DNA of 29,961 nucleotides from Octopus sinensis (Eukaryota): the NCBI RefSeq assembly GCF_006345805.1, contig NW_021832685.1:1-29961 (forward strand). Reading direction: 5' to 3'. Positions 12,328 through 24,868 of the stretch are shown in pieces. The number at the start of each line of letters is the position of its first letter. The first letter of the stretch is position 1. Under the pieces are notes generated by a model. That model was not told the origin of the DNA. It ran no database searches and saw only the letters and a program-made list of their open reading frames with translations. The position numbers and the translations under genes were made by a program.

Positions 12328-12480
12328 TGCGGCGGGATTCTTTCAGTTTCCCGCTACCAAATACACTCAGAAGGCTTTGGCTTATAACTTATAACTGAAC
12401 ATACTTCTCCCACGCAGTGGAACTGAACCTGGAACCATGTGGCTGAGTAGCAAGCTTCTTACCACGCAGCCACGCCTGCT
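12137..12480 (-). mobile_element. Degraded SINE with internal (TACA)n (family of 25028-25442)
   Basis: Head gcagtggaactgaacctggaaccatgtggctgagtagcaagcttcttaccacgcagccacgcctgc is the reverse complement of the 25028 head. Confidence 0.8.
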
Positions 12481-12504
12481 ATATATATATATACACACAC
12501 ACAC

Positions 12505-12573
12505 TACTAAAAACCCTTCATGGCCGTGCTCCATCATGGCTGCAGTCAAATGACTGAAACAAGTAAAAGATAA
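12505..12573 (+). mobile_element. Isolated SINE 3' tail fragment
   Basis: gtgctccatcatggctgcagtcaaatgactgaaacaagtaaaaga is nearly identical to 25380-25425. Confidence 0.8.
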
Positions 12574-12611
12574 CATACACATATATATGCATGCATGTAT
12601 GAATATATATG

Positions 12612-12768
12612 GCCAACAGGCCTCCATTCAATTTCCGTTCAATCAATTCTCTCACAGTTGCGAAGTTAGAGAGAAAAAATACTTGTGTATAAAGTACCGT
12701 GCAATGAGAGTGAACCCAAAACCATTTGGTTGTGAACGTGAACTTCTCATCCGCACAACTACATGCTT
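12612..12768 (-). mobile_element. Degraded SINE head fragment
   Basis: aatttccgt...ctcacag...tacttg...gtaccgtgcaatgagagtgaacccaaaccatttggttg resembles the reverse complement of 25030-25190. Confidence 0.55.
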
Positions 12769-14340
12769 AGTTTTCTTTTAAAGATGCTTGTGGTGGCATT
12801 TGAGGACATTTGCCTGCTGCTCATATTTCTACCCTTGCAAATGAACTTGTAAATGCTTTCCCTCCTAAGTTGTCTCAGTTGGTAGTCTTGTTTCCAATGC
12901 AGCTGCTGTTGTTATTTAGAGTGGCATTTAGACCAACCTGACCTGATGGCACGGTCCTTTGAGGAAGAACATTCAAACGGTGGATGAATAACACGCCATG
13001 TTTAATATACAGCATATACGAACCACGCTTTTCAAATACAGCCACCATTTTGAAATAAAGTTTAATGTAAATCGAAAGAAATTAAACTATTTTAGCAGGC
13101 GCCTGGGTCTGTGTACATAGTCACTTATTGATTCTAAGATGTTGCCCGCTTGTGTATTCCTTCGCTGTCCCCTTAACATACCGATGTATGATTAAGGCCT
13201 TTCCAACTGTGATCATCCAGTCCGTGTATTTTTACTTTTTATATACTATATCACCTAATATTTCCTTTTGAAATACTTTAGAATATGGTTTGAAAGTGAT
13301 TTGAGATTTATTTGCTATTTTTAGCAAATCAAATAATCATAGAAAACAAACTGACGATGATGACCATAAGGAGTCGTTCGGAAATAGCAGCCAGGATTCT
13401 CGCAAATTCAGTCACATATGTTAGAAAAGGACGCAATGGTTTGTGTGTTCTCAGGTCTACTGTTCATAATAACAAGATGTATAATATATGGCTGCCCTGG
13501 GCTAAATACCGGTGAAATGATGACGACGACATAGATTCTCCTGCATTGTTGTTATATAGACTCGGCAAATGTATCTCCTTGTTAGGGAAATGGTGTAGGG
13601 AAAATTGAAAGCGATTCGACTGTTATTTCTAGCAAACCAACATACAGTGTAGATGCTCGTTCATTGGTTTGCTGCAGTCGATATTAGTGGTCTCAGTGGC
13701 GTTAATGGTGACACTGTTATTGGTATTAGCAATGGTGTTATTAGGAGTGGTGGTGATGGTTTTCTTAGGAAGAGCAGTTTGTGGATGTTGGCATAGACGA
13801 TTAATACCGCTGTCGACATTTCGACACAATCTCGGTTTTAAATATCTAAATATTAGAAATGAGATATTTTCAATAAGATTATTAAAGCTTATTCTTAAAT
13901 CCTACTTTGTGTATCATCTACGTTTTCTCTGGTTTATTTTCAGTTGTCTGCTGGTATCTCATTATTTTTGTTTACATAGTGCTTTAGTTTATACCCGAAC
14001 GGGCTACTGGCATTTGGACTCTGAATAAAACCGATATTACCGTAAATTTTAACAAAATAAGGTTCGTGTTTCGAATCTAATATGGGAACCATGTAGACAG
14101 CTGGGAATGAAGGCAGCCGTTGACGATTAGAAATCAGGTCTTTCTAAACAAATTCTGAACATTATTGATAAAATCTGAAATCCAGAGAAGCTAGTGATGC
14201 TCAGATGAAGAGCAAAGGCACGAATTGTTAAGTAATTATCTCATCACAGCTTTTTATTTTTTCTGTTGAACTTTATTTCGGAAATAATATTTTCATTTCA
14301 GTTTGTCGCTTTCTCTTGATTTTGCTGTCGGCACTGCGAT

Positions 14341-14580
14341 TGTAGTATTAGTAGTAGTAAGAGTAGCAGTAGCAGTAGCAACAGCAGTTGTATTATTATT
14401 AGTGGTGGTGGTGGTAGAATAGAAGTGGTAGTGGTGATAGTAGTAGTAGTTATTGTTTCTACTGTAACCTGTTTGTTTTAATTAACCCATTATAGTGAGT
14501 GATACTTTTGTTGTTGTTTCTGTTGTTGTTGTTGTTGTTGTTGTTGTTACTATTGTTGCTTTTGTTGTTATTGTTGTTAT
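14341..14580. repeat. (TAG)/(CAG)/(TGG)/(TTG)n trinucleotide tracts
   Basis: Direct read. Confidence 0.9.
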
Positions 14581-15053
14581 AGCTTTTACATTTTCAAAGA
14601 AAAACATATCGGAAATTTAATTATTTGATTAATTAATTGATTAGAATTTAATTAATAAATTAATCATAGAAACCCTTAATCAACATCTCCAATAAGGGGA
14701 ACCGGGGTTGTTTATATGGAAAGGTGATTAAATTAGCTTGAGGGGGGAAACTGGACACTGAGACGGTAATGACGACGTTTCAATGTTGATTGGAAGGGAG
14801 ACAAGCAGGAAAATGTGAACTAAGAGAGTTCAGTGTTAACGCGAAAGAGAAACACAGAGATAGAGAGAAGGGGAAAGAGGGAGAGCGGGAAAGAATGAGA
14901 AAGGGAGAGAGAGTGCGGGAGAGAAAGAATGTGGGAGTTAGGGAGAGTGAATGAATGAGAGAGAAAGGGAGACACTACGTGAACAGTCTTATGATAATAT
15001 TGTAGACGCTTAAAGTAGCTGGAAAATATGAATAAAAACACTTCAGTGTTATC

Positions 15054-15054
<1 letters not shown>

Positions 15055-15097
<43 letters not shown>
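15055..15097. repeat. (GA)n microsatellite
   Basis: Direct read. Confidence 0.95.
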
Positions 15098-15489
15098 TAA
15101 TAGAGGGAGGAGGAGATGAGAAAGAGGCATTATACATTCGAAAGCGTGAGCAGTGTTTTGCATGGCATAGCCATGGGAAAAAGGATACCATTCGTAAGCC
15201 TGGTGGTAAGGTGAGCGATTACTCTCTGACAGGGTACCCAAACAGAATTCTAGTAATAGGGTGCGTTTTGCAAAATTATCCAGAGTCATCGTGGTGGCGT
15301 GAAAGAAGGTGATGTATTAAGTCGACTATACAAGATCAAGAAAGATATCTCCGATGTACTTCCACACAATTTCTCTTTACGGAATTTTTATTCACAGGGC
15401 TTGGTCGTCGGCCCAAAGCTATGAGATATGTTCAAAGTATTGCACGATTTAGACTGAAACCAAAATTACGTAGTTGCGAAACTCATTCG

Positions 15490-15850
15490 TTCTTAAGATA
15501 TCCCTGGATATCAATTTTTGTAGAGGCAATGCTACTCCCCGAGTAGTTAAAATCATTAACTATCTTTGGATTGATGCCATTCGAAGTACAGATATAGTTT
15601 TTACGTTACAGTCTATATGTTCAATCTTACCGGCGCTGGCATAGAGTGCTATTAGTGCAGCTGCATGTAACATTTACTCTGCTAATTCTATATTGTCTAG
15701 AAGAAGATCGAAATCATCTCCGATATTTTTAACGCGGGGGACTATCATTTCTAGCTTTCCCAAGTGTCAATCTACAATTTTTGTTCATATCACCAAATGT
15801 ACAAAAGACATAATCTAAGAATATTATCAGCAGGTACGGAGCCATTGAAA
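15490..15850 (-). pseudogene. Decayed RTE LINE reverse-transcriptase fragment
   Basis: Minus strand MAPYLLIIFLDYVF...LTLGKAR...GDDFDLLLDN...AE*MLH...KIEHI...KIVNDFNYSGSSIASTKIDI follows the RTE motif order LAPYLFII.LDYV / YADD.ALL / KTEY / F.YLGS, with stops and indels. Confidence 0.75.
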
Positions 15851-15854
15851 TATA

Positions 15855-16230
15855 TTCAGCGGTCCCGTCTATACTTAACTGATACTTTATTTTGCTGACA
15901 CTGGATGGATGAAAACTAATGGTAACCATGACGGGATTTGAACATAGGATATAAAGATCCTAAATTTTTTCGACGATCTACCAGTTCTGTTGTCTCACCC
16001 GCCTCGCTGGTTTTAGTTTCTGGTGTTGGTATAAGACCATAAATTTCTAAGGAAGGATTTGAATCGATCTCAGTACAGGACGACAAGTTCTCGTTTCCTC
16101 GATTCGGGAGGGTTGAAGGGCGAAGCTAAACTCTACGCAAAAGGAAACCACGATCTAAAGACTCGGAAAAATGCAGGAAAATACTTATTTTTCTATGGAT
16201 GTGTTTCAGTATTTCTCATTCATGGTACAA
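15855..16230 (-). mobile_element. Two heavily degraded tandem copies of the 4059-4720 SINE family
   Basis: actgatactttatttt...ggatgaaaa...gggatttgaac...cgcct, then tcgatctcagtac...agggttgaagggcgaag. Confidence 0.5.
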
Positions 16231-16472
16231 ATAATATTCTATAATATTTTTCGTTAAGAATCTAGGAATTAGTTTCGAAATTTTCCTCTTTATTCTTTAA
16301 ATCTACGCGTTTTGATAATTGCATTGCAGCTAAAGTTAGACTTATATTGACATCAGCAAGGATTCTGGGATACATCACGGACTCCAGTACATACACACAC
16401 ACATATATACACATACATGGATTTATGTACACAAGACACACACACAAACAAACACACGTACACACAAATACA

Positions 16473-16473
<1 letters not shown>

Positions 16474-16523
<50 letters not shown>

Positions 16524-16616
16524 ATATATATATATATTATATATTACCATTTATATGTAATATATGTACACACACACATACACACACACAAACACACACA
16601 CCAAACACACACACAC

Positions 16617-16678
<62 letters not shown>

Positions 16679-16697
16679 ATATATATATATATATATA
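16474..16697. repeat. (TCTA)n/(TA)n/(CA)n compound microsatellite
   Basis: Direct read. Confidence 0.95.
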
Positions 16698-17026
16698 CGT
16701 GTAGGCAGATAAATAACTATTCATACTTATTCGGCTACACGCCTACATACATATACACATACATACACAAACACGGACACACAAATGTATACAAATGCAC
16801 ACACAAATATATTTCTCAGCTATTACAAATTACAAAATAAATAGGTGAAAAAAAAAAAAACACAAAAGTAAACAACAGAAACATAAAGACACATTAAATG
16901 ATATAACAGCTGAACTGTTTGACTGATCAGAAGCGATGAATTTGATGGTTGATTTAATCGCGAAAACGCGGAAAGGGCGTCGTGCTGGGTAGCAAGCAAT
17001 ATTCGATATAACGAACCACAAAAAGC

Positions 17027-17027
<1 letters not shown>

Positions 17028-17058
<31 letters not shown>

Positions 17059-17230
17059 TAATAATAATAATAATAATATAATAGTAATAATAATAATATA
17101 ATAATAATAGTAATAATAATAATATAAGAATACTATATAATAATAATATAATAGTAATTAATAATAAAATAATATAATGATATGATAATAAGACTATAAT
17201 AATAGTAATAGTAATAAGAATATAATAATA

Positions 17231-17265
<35 letters not shown>

Positions 17266-17499
17266 GAAAAGAAGAAGAGAAGAAGAAGAGGATAATACAA
17301 TAATAATTAATATATATAATAATAATAATAATAGTAATAGTTAATAATATATAGAATAAGAGAATATAATAATAAGATATAATAATAATAAATAATAATA
17401 ATAAGAAGAGTATAAGAAGAAGGATAATAACAATAATAATAATAATAGTAATAATAATATAATAATATAATAGTAATAATAATAATAATAATAATAATG

Positions 17500-17535
<36 letters not shown>

Positions 17536-17597
17536 TAATAATGATGATGATGATGATAATAATAATGATGATAATATTGATGATGGTAATAATGATA
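17028..17597. repeat. ~570 bp degenerate (AAT)n array
   Basis: Direct read. Confidence 0.97.
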
Positions 17598-17997
17598 GCA
17601 CTGGCAGTCGTGCCTATTTCTGTGGTTTTCCTAATCCGTGATATTACACATCAAAAAATACACCACATTTACGAAAAATCTGAACCACAATTCACGTTTC
17701 CTGAGAGATGATTCATTTTGAGTATGAATTATAAACATGGTTATATAATACTGTGAATCTATGAATGGATCGACACGAAATCGTGCTTGTGTGAATGGGC
17801 GTGAATAAATTTATATGTACGAATATTTATATAATATGTGTAAACGATATCGAACATATCTGAATGTGCGTGTGTGTATATATATATATAAATATACAGT
17901 ATGTATATATATTATGTATATATATAATGTATGTATGTATATATATATATATTATATTATATATATATATACACATATATATATATATATATATATA

Positions 17998-18040
<43 letters not shown>

Positions 18041-18277
18041 AATATATATATACAGACATGCACATGCACCAAACACACACATATGCATACAGACATGAAT
18101 AAGTATATCAATATACAAAGATACGCCTATAGTAACAGAAATATACGTATGAATATCTATATGTAATATATATAAATACGAATACACACACATTCATATA
18201 TATATATATATATAGACACACACACATATATAATATATATATATATATAATTATATGTATATATATATATATATCTA

Positions 18278-18583
18278 CCGTGATCGACTAGCCTATCAGA
18301 TGTTGCGACACATCGCTGCTCACAATGCGCTTCGCATTGGCTTTAGCCTTCAGATGACGCCACCCGGCCACCCACCCCGAGTCTAAGGCGAGCAGACAGA
18401 GAGAGAGTGAGAGAAAGTTGTGGCGAAAGTTTTCAGCAGAGATGGCCACCACCTCCATGCCGGACCCTAGTGGAGGATTAGGTGTTTTCGCTCGTTGAGC
18501 ACTCGCAACGCCCGGTCTCGGAATCGAAACCGCGATCCTACGACCGTGAGTCTGCTGTCCTTACCACTGTGTCACTGCGCCTC

Positions 18584-18586
<3 letters not shown>
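18278..18586 (-). mobile_element. tRNA-derived SINE of a further family
   Basis: Minus strand gtggaggcgcagtgacacagtggtaagg (A-box) ...gtttcgattccg (B-box); GC-rich body bounded by microsatellites. Confidence 0.8.
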
Positions 18587-18663
<77 letters not shown>

Positions 18664-19561
18664 TACACATAGAGAGACGTAGATAACAGAAACTAGAATA
18701 TATCAGTATGCGAACTTATGTGACGGTGTAAAGAAAATGAAAACTGAAAATCTGCCATTTAAAAGTTCGTACGCTGGCCAAATATATGCTGAGTGTGTAC
18801 CATATACAAATGTTTATGTACTTACGTATACATGGATGTGGATAGGTTCATATATGTAGAGACTGACAGAAAGAGAGCGAGGGTGATGTGTGCAAACACA
18901 TACAGTGTTATGTATAAGCTTTTGAAACATAAGCATGATATATATATATATAATATATTATGATATCCGTTTTTGATTGTATACAAGATAAATATAATTA
19001 ATATCAGAATTATAAATAATGATACAATATAAAGGAGGGATATGAAAGAATATAACAATAAGAAGATCGATAAATTATATGTTAGCCACCATCCATCTAT
19101 TCATTCAGTCATTCATCCATCTATCTATCTATCTATCAGTCTGTCTGTCTCTCTCTCTGTTGTCTGTCTGTCGGGCTGTCTAATGTATGTATGCATGTAT
19201 GTATGTATCTATCTATATATTATATTTATATATATAATAATAATATATATATATGATATATATATTATATATATGTGTGTGTGTGTGTGTGGTGTTGTTT
19301 GTGTGTGTGTGCGGTGTGTGTGGTGTGTGTGTGTTTATAATATTATATGTATGTATGTATGTATACACGTGGTTTTGAAATGATCGGACGGGAATGAGTG
19401 AACAAAAAGTACTTTCTAAACAGGAGAGTGCAAAAGGAGATAGCGTGACTATGTGTGGGTATGTGCGTATGTGTGTCTGGGTTTTGCTATATATATATTA
19501 CGGGAGTATATATATGTTTATATATATACATATACATACATACAAAAGTACAACATGTAAT

Positions 19562-19626
<65 letters not shown>

Positions 19627-19637
19627 GGTATATATAT

Positions 19638-20721
19638 TTATTCAATAAAATCGCCATTGGCTTTAACGACGGCTTCCAGATGACTTCGGATCTCCTGCAA
19701 CTCTTCTGGACGGTCTTCTTGCTTAAGTTGCTGAATGCTGCCATAATCCTTGTCTTCAGTTCATCTTTGGTGTTACAAGGAGTTTTGTTGGCCTCCTGCC
19801 CAACAGCGCCCCACACATAACATTCATAGGGGTTGCTGTGTGGGGAGTTAGATGGCCAGAAATTCGGGGTAATGTGGTCGCGTGGCTTAGTGGTTAGGGC
19901 ATTCGGCTCATGATCGTAAGGTTGTGAGTTCGATTCCCGGCGACGCGTTGTGTCCTTGAGTAAGACACTTTATTTCACGTTGCTCCAGTCCACTCAGCTG
20001 TCAAAAATGAGTTGTACTTGTATTTCAAAGGGTCAGCCTTGTCATTCTCTGTGTCCCGCTGATTATCCCCGAGAACTACGTTAAGGGTACACGTGTCTGT
20101 GGAATGCTCAGCCATTTGCACGTTAATTTCACGAGCAAGCTGTTCCGTTGATCGTATCAGCTGGGACCCTCGTCGTCGTATCCGGCGGAGTCTTCTTGGT
20201 CGCAGAAATTATCTGACAGCCATGACTGGGTCCTCATGCTTGTGTGGCATGGTGCCGAGTTCTGTGGCCAGACATATGGTTTTCCAGCAGCAACCCTCTT
20301 GACCCAGGTCAGCACCACCTCCTCCAGTCACTTGATGTAGGCTTCCGTGTTGAGTCTGGGGCCGTATGGGAAGATGAATAGATGCATAACGTCGCCATCA
20401 CTAGTGATCTCGCCAAACACCATGATGTTGATTGGATTCTTGATTCTTATCAATCTCAGTACATGTCCTCAGATTGCACTGTCCTCAGATTGACACTCAA
20501 ATACTCTGAAATGTTGATATTGGAGTATCCGGTGCGAATGTCAAAAAATACATGTCGTTTCCAAATTTCTGGCAGAGTGAATTGTGTCATGGTGCTGTTT
20601 TCTCACCGACGGTGCCCGACTGATGCTACTATACTGAGTAGTCGACAAAATCAAAACCAAACAATGCACAAAATCAAAATTAAGAATTTAAAATGCCGAC
20701 AATTTTACCCATCGTACACTG
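19638..20721 (-). mobile_element. Internally deleted Tc1/mariner DD37D (maT-like) transposon, interrupted by a SINE
   Basis: TIR-like CAGTGTACGATGGGTAAAATTGTCGG from 20721; ATG at 20590 (MTQFTLPEIWKRH); then IMVFGEITSDG...LNTEAYIK*LEEVV...WPQNSAPCHTS...NFCD[SINE]HITPNFWPSNSPHSNPYECYVWGAV...HLEAVVKANGDFIE* (stop 19638-19640). There are 37 residues between the two now-mutated catalytic positions. Confidence 0.9.
19882..20196 (+). mobile_element. tRNA-derived CORE-like SINE with 7-bp TSD
   Basis: A-box tggcttagtgg, B-box gttcgattcc, core tgtgtccttgagtaagacacttt; TSD tggtcgc at 19875-19881 and 20197-20203. Confidence 0.92.
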
Positions 20722-20730
20722 TGTGTGTGC

Positions 20731-20777
<47 letters not shown>

Positions 20778-21149
20778 AATAAATACATAGGCACATGTGA
20801 ATGTCCTCATATACATTTGTGTGTGTATTTATATATGAACAGACGCTCACGCGCAAAAGCCATATACACGCACACGCGAGTATACATAGATGTAGCTGCC
20901 TCTTTGCAACCGGTGTTAGTTCCTAAACGATCATTTAACACAGCGTTTCAGTAAAGGTGTGTGATAAAATATCTAAATATATATGCATGTGTGTGTTGTA
21001 TGTAGTAGCTATAGTATATATTATATATATATATATGTATGTATGTGTGTGTGTGTGTCTGTGTTTGTGTGTGTGTATGTATATGTATATACGTTTTATA
21101 TATATCCTATATATATATATATATACACAACCCACACATATATATATAT

Positions 21150-21184
<35 letters not shown>

Positions 21185-21188
21185 TATA

Positions 21189-21252
<64 letters not shown>

Positions 21253-21289
21253 GTATTATAATATATATATATATATATAAATATGTTTA

Positions 21290-21520
21290 TTTCTGGTGTT
21301 TGTCTTTATCTTATTTGTCCACCCCATCACCGCTGACAACCGGTGATTGTGTGTTTACCTCCCCGTAACTATCAGTTCGGTAAAGGAGACCGACTGATAG
21401 AATAAGCACTTTGCTTGTAAAAAATAACGCTGGAGTCGATCTGTTTGACCAAAGCCCTACAAGGCGGTGCTCCAGCTTGGCCGCATCCAAATATCTGCAA
21501 CAAGTACACGAATAAAAGAC
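21290..21520 (+). mobile_element. 3' half of the microsatellite-containing SINE family
   Basis: caccgctgacaaccggtg...ccccgtaact...gatagaataagcact...gtcgat...aaggcggtgctccagcttggccgca matches 25240-25420. Confidence 0.8.
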
Positions 21521-21727
21521 TATAATTATTGTTTGAGGCTATGGCGGTGGGGTGATTGTTTAAATGTTGCGGTATTGTGGTCATAGGAAGGAAATGACAC
21601 GCTTCAACTGTTTAACCCAGACTTTTCCGTTTCGGTTACACTTCCCTCCGTTCAATGACGCAGCAAAATTCACTTCTGTTTGATTAAGAAATAAATCTGT
21701 CTGTCTGTCTGCCTATCTTTTTCTCTA

Positions 21728-21760
<33 letters not shown>

Positions 21761-21954
21761 GTGTGTGTGTGTACGTATGTATGCCTATGCATGTATGTAA
21801 CAATGTATTCATGTATCTATGTATTTATGTATACATGCATGCATGTATGTATATATGTATGTAGGTATGAAAGAATGTATGTATCTATCTAAATATATGT
21901 ATATATATGTGTATATATATATTCGCCATGATAGATTGTTAGCCCCTAAACTTA

Positions 21955-22112
21955 TTTTGTATTTTCTTTCTCTGCTTATTTTTTTGTTCCTTTCTGTTGA
22001 AGAGCGTAGGCTCGAAATGTAAAAGACTTTCTCACTTCCCGAGCGGTAAACTAACGCATCTGTTTGTTGCTTACACGCCCGTCTTCCTTTTTTTCTTCGT
22101 CAGATTCACACT
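21955..22112 (+). mobile_element. Probable Penelope-like element terminal fragment with degenerate minimal hammerhead motif
   Basis: TTGAAGA-gcgtaggctc-GAAA-tgta at 21997-22021, followed by a T-rich tail. Confidence 0.5.
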
Positions 22113-22577
22113 AGAAGTTGAAGATTCTGCTTGTGTTTATAGTTGTATTAGAGTTTACGCTACTTCCACGAGAAATATATCTATCTGTCTGTCTATCTAT
22201 CTATGTTTCTGATTATATTTGTACGTATGTCTGAAATGACGTATGCGTTAGTATATATGTAAATGTATGTGTGTATACACACACACACTAGACTGACATA
22301 CAAATGTACCTACACACACACACATATTCTAATCTAAGCATTGTATATCTTAGTGTTGTCCTATAAAGCTTTATCGCCCACCTGTTTTGGTGATCTTTAT
22401 CAGGTTTACACTCACAAACATACACAATCAAGCATATACACAGAAACTTTCACACACAAATGCACATATATACACACATATATACACACATATTTTCTCT
22501 TTTTTGAGGGGGGGACGTAAGTTATGAAAGAAAATAAGATGAAATAACATTCTATATTATTTTATAAGTCGTGATTT

Positions 22578-22850
22578 ATCATTATTATTATTATTGTTGT
22601 TGTTGTTGTTGTTGTTATTATTATTATTATCATTATTATTATTATTATTATATTATTATTATTATTGTTGCTGTTGTTGTTATTATTATTATTATCATTA
22701 TTATTATTATTATCATTATTATTATTGTTGTTGTTGTTATTGTTGTTGTTGTTGTTTTGTTGTTATTATTATTATTATTATTATTATATTATTATCATTA
22801 TTATTATTATTAGTATTATCATTATTATTATTGTTGTTGTTGTTGTTGTT

Positions 22851-22883
<33 letters not shown>

Positions 22884-22920
22884 ATTATTATTATTATTAT
22901 TATTATATTATTATTATTAA
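22578..22920. repeat. (ATT)n/(GTT)n array
   Basis: Direct read. Confidence 0.97.
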
Positions 22921-23053
22921 CGGTGGAATTTATTAGTTACAGGAGTGGCTCATATACATTAGCTGAGGTTCTGTACGTTCGGCTTCGTTTCTTAACAACA
23001 ACTGCCTTTAAAAATTTGGGTTGTCAGTATCAACAACATTTCATTTCTTACCT

Positions 23054-23057
<4 letters not shown>

Positions 23058-23104
<47 letters not shown>

Positions 23105-23514
23105 ATATAGATATGTGTATATATACATATATATGTATATATATATATATACCACACACATATATAATATATATATAGATAGATATATCTACCAGTAAAT
23201 AATTGGGGTTTTTTTAAAAGCCTTTATAGAAATTATTTACTCTTATTATTATATAGATAGATAAATAGATAGATAGATAGATATGTGTATATATATATAT
23301 ATAGATATGTATTATATATATACCTATATATATTATATATATGTATCGATATATATATATCTATATATAGATAGATAGATAGATAGATAGATATGTTGTA
23401 TATATATATATATATATACGTACATATATATATATACGTAGATATATGTGTATATATGTATGTATATTATTACATGTATATATGTATATATATAAAAATA
23501 TGTATATATATATG

Positions 23515-23548
<34 letters not shown>

Positions 23549-23560
23549 CGTGACGTGACG

Positions 23561-23592
<32 letters not shown>

Positions 23593-23600
23593 TATATATA

Positions 23601-23636
<36 letters not shown>

Positions 23637-23637
23637 C

Positions 23638-23668
<31 letters not shown>

Positions 23669-23692
23669 CATGCTTACATACATATATATATA
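23058..23692. repeat. Degenerate (TA)n/(GATA)n field
   Basis: Direct read. Confidence 0.95.
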
Positions 23693-23757
23693 CACAAGCT
23701 TATGAATTTGTGTTGCATGATTCCTGATGTGAAGTGGTGTGTTGGAAACAGATATTA

Positions 23758-24095
23758 TTGTATTTCGGGATGGTGGCTTTCTTTGCCAAATAAACATACG
23801 CACTATATATTCGATCGCCATTCATTTATTACTCTTCTTATTCTAACTCAGGTCCATTGTCCAGACATCTTTCGTCACACGTCTGTGACCTCCTCAGTGA
23901 CGCATTTCGTCTTCGTGTGTTCTCTTTCTCTGCTTATTCCATTCTTTTCTACTATAGGTCACAGATGTGTGACGAAAGATTTCCGGACAATGAACATCTG
24001 TTAGAATAAGAACAGTAATGAACGAGTGGAGAGGGAATATATAGTGCGTATGTTTATTTGGCAAAAGAATAAAAAATGACCATTTCGAAATACAA
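23758..24095. mobile_element. Long inverted repeat (arms 23758-23891 and 23956-24095), probable inverted Penelope-like pLTR pair
   Basis: Arms are reverse complements, e.g. tttgccaaataaacatacgcactatatattc vs gaatatatagtgcgtatgtttatttggcaaa and ctttcgtcacacgtctgtgacct vs aggtcacagatgtgtgacgaaag; 64-nt spacer. Confidence 0.8.
23859..23901 (-). ncRNA. Minimal type I hammerhead ribozyme-like motif
   Basis: Minus strand gtca-CTGAGGA-g-gtcaca-gacg-tgtgac-GAAA-gat-GTC-tggac: conserved core boxes around a perfect 6-bp stem II; stems I and III are weak. Confidence 0.6.
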
Positions 24096-24332
24096 CGGTA
24101 TATATATATATATGTGTTGTGTGTGTGTGTGTATGTGTGTGTGTGTGTGTGTATGTGTGCGTGTGTGTGTGTGTGTGCGTGTGTGTTTGTGCATGTATAT
24201 ATACATGCATATATATACATATATATATGTATATATATATATATGTATATATATATGTATGTATATATAAATACACACATACATATATATACATATACTA
24301 TACATATATATGTATATATATATATGTATGTA

Positions 24333-24371
<39 letters not shown>

Positions 24372-24619
24372 CGACAGAGAAGGACAAATTGATGAATAGA
24401 CATATATATGTTTATGTATGTACATAGATATATATACTTGGCCTTATATAAACTTATACAAATTTATATAAGTGTACACACACTCACACACACATACACA
24501 TATATATGTATATATATATATATTATATATATATAAAGAGAGAGAGAGAGAGTGAAACACACATACATGCACACATATGTATATATATATGTATGTATAT
24601 AACGATGTCTATGTGCAAT

Positions 24620-24786
24620 TGTGTATGTGTTTGGCTCCCCACCGCTCGACACCCAGATTTGGGGTATTTATGGCCAAGTAATTTAGTGTTCAGATAAAGA
24701 AACTGAAAGACTAAGCACAATTTAAAAATAATAAAATCCTGTGGTCGACACGGAGTCCAATAACTGAAACAAATAAAGGATAAAAA
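24620..24786 (+). mobile_element. Degraded SINE 3' half
   Basis: cccaccgctcgaca...taagcac...aaatcctgtggtcga...actgaaacaaataaaggataaaa. Confidence 0.6.
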
Positions 24787-24868
24787 TGTATTAGTTGCAT
24801 TTCTGTTGATGAACATTTTAGGACCAGTCGCTAATATTCGTGCTGAATAAATGATTTCACTGATAATA

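Noticed and set aside
19882-19950. tRNA gene (also at the other A/B-box sites)
   Set aside because: No full cloverleaf; sequence continues into a SINE core and is bounded by TSDs
20382-20954. 190-aa ORF resembling ORF 138..383 as a gene family
   Set aside because: Both are antisense translations of the same transposon family
17028-22920. Complementary (AAT)n and (ATT)n blocks as a long-range inverted repeat
   Set aside because: Expected by chance at this microsatellite density
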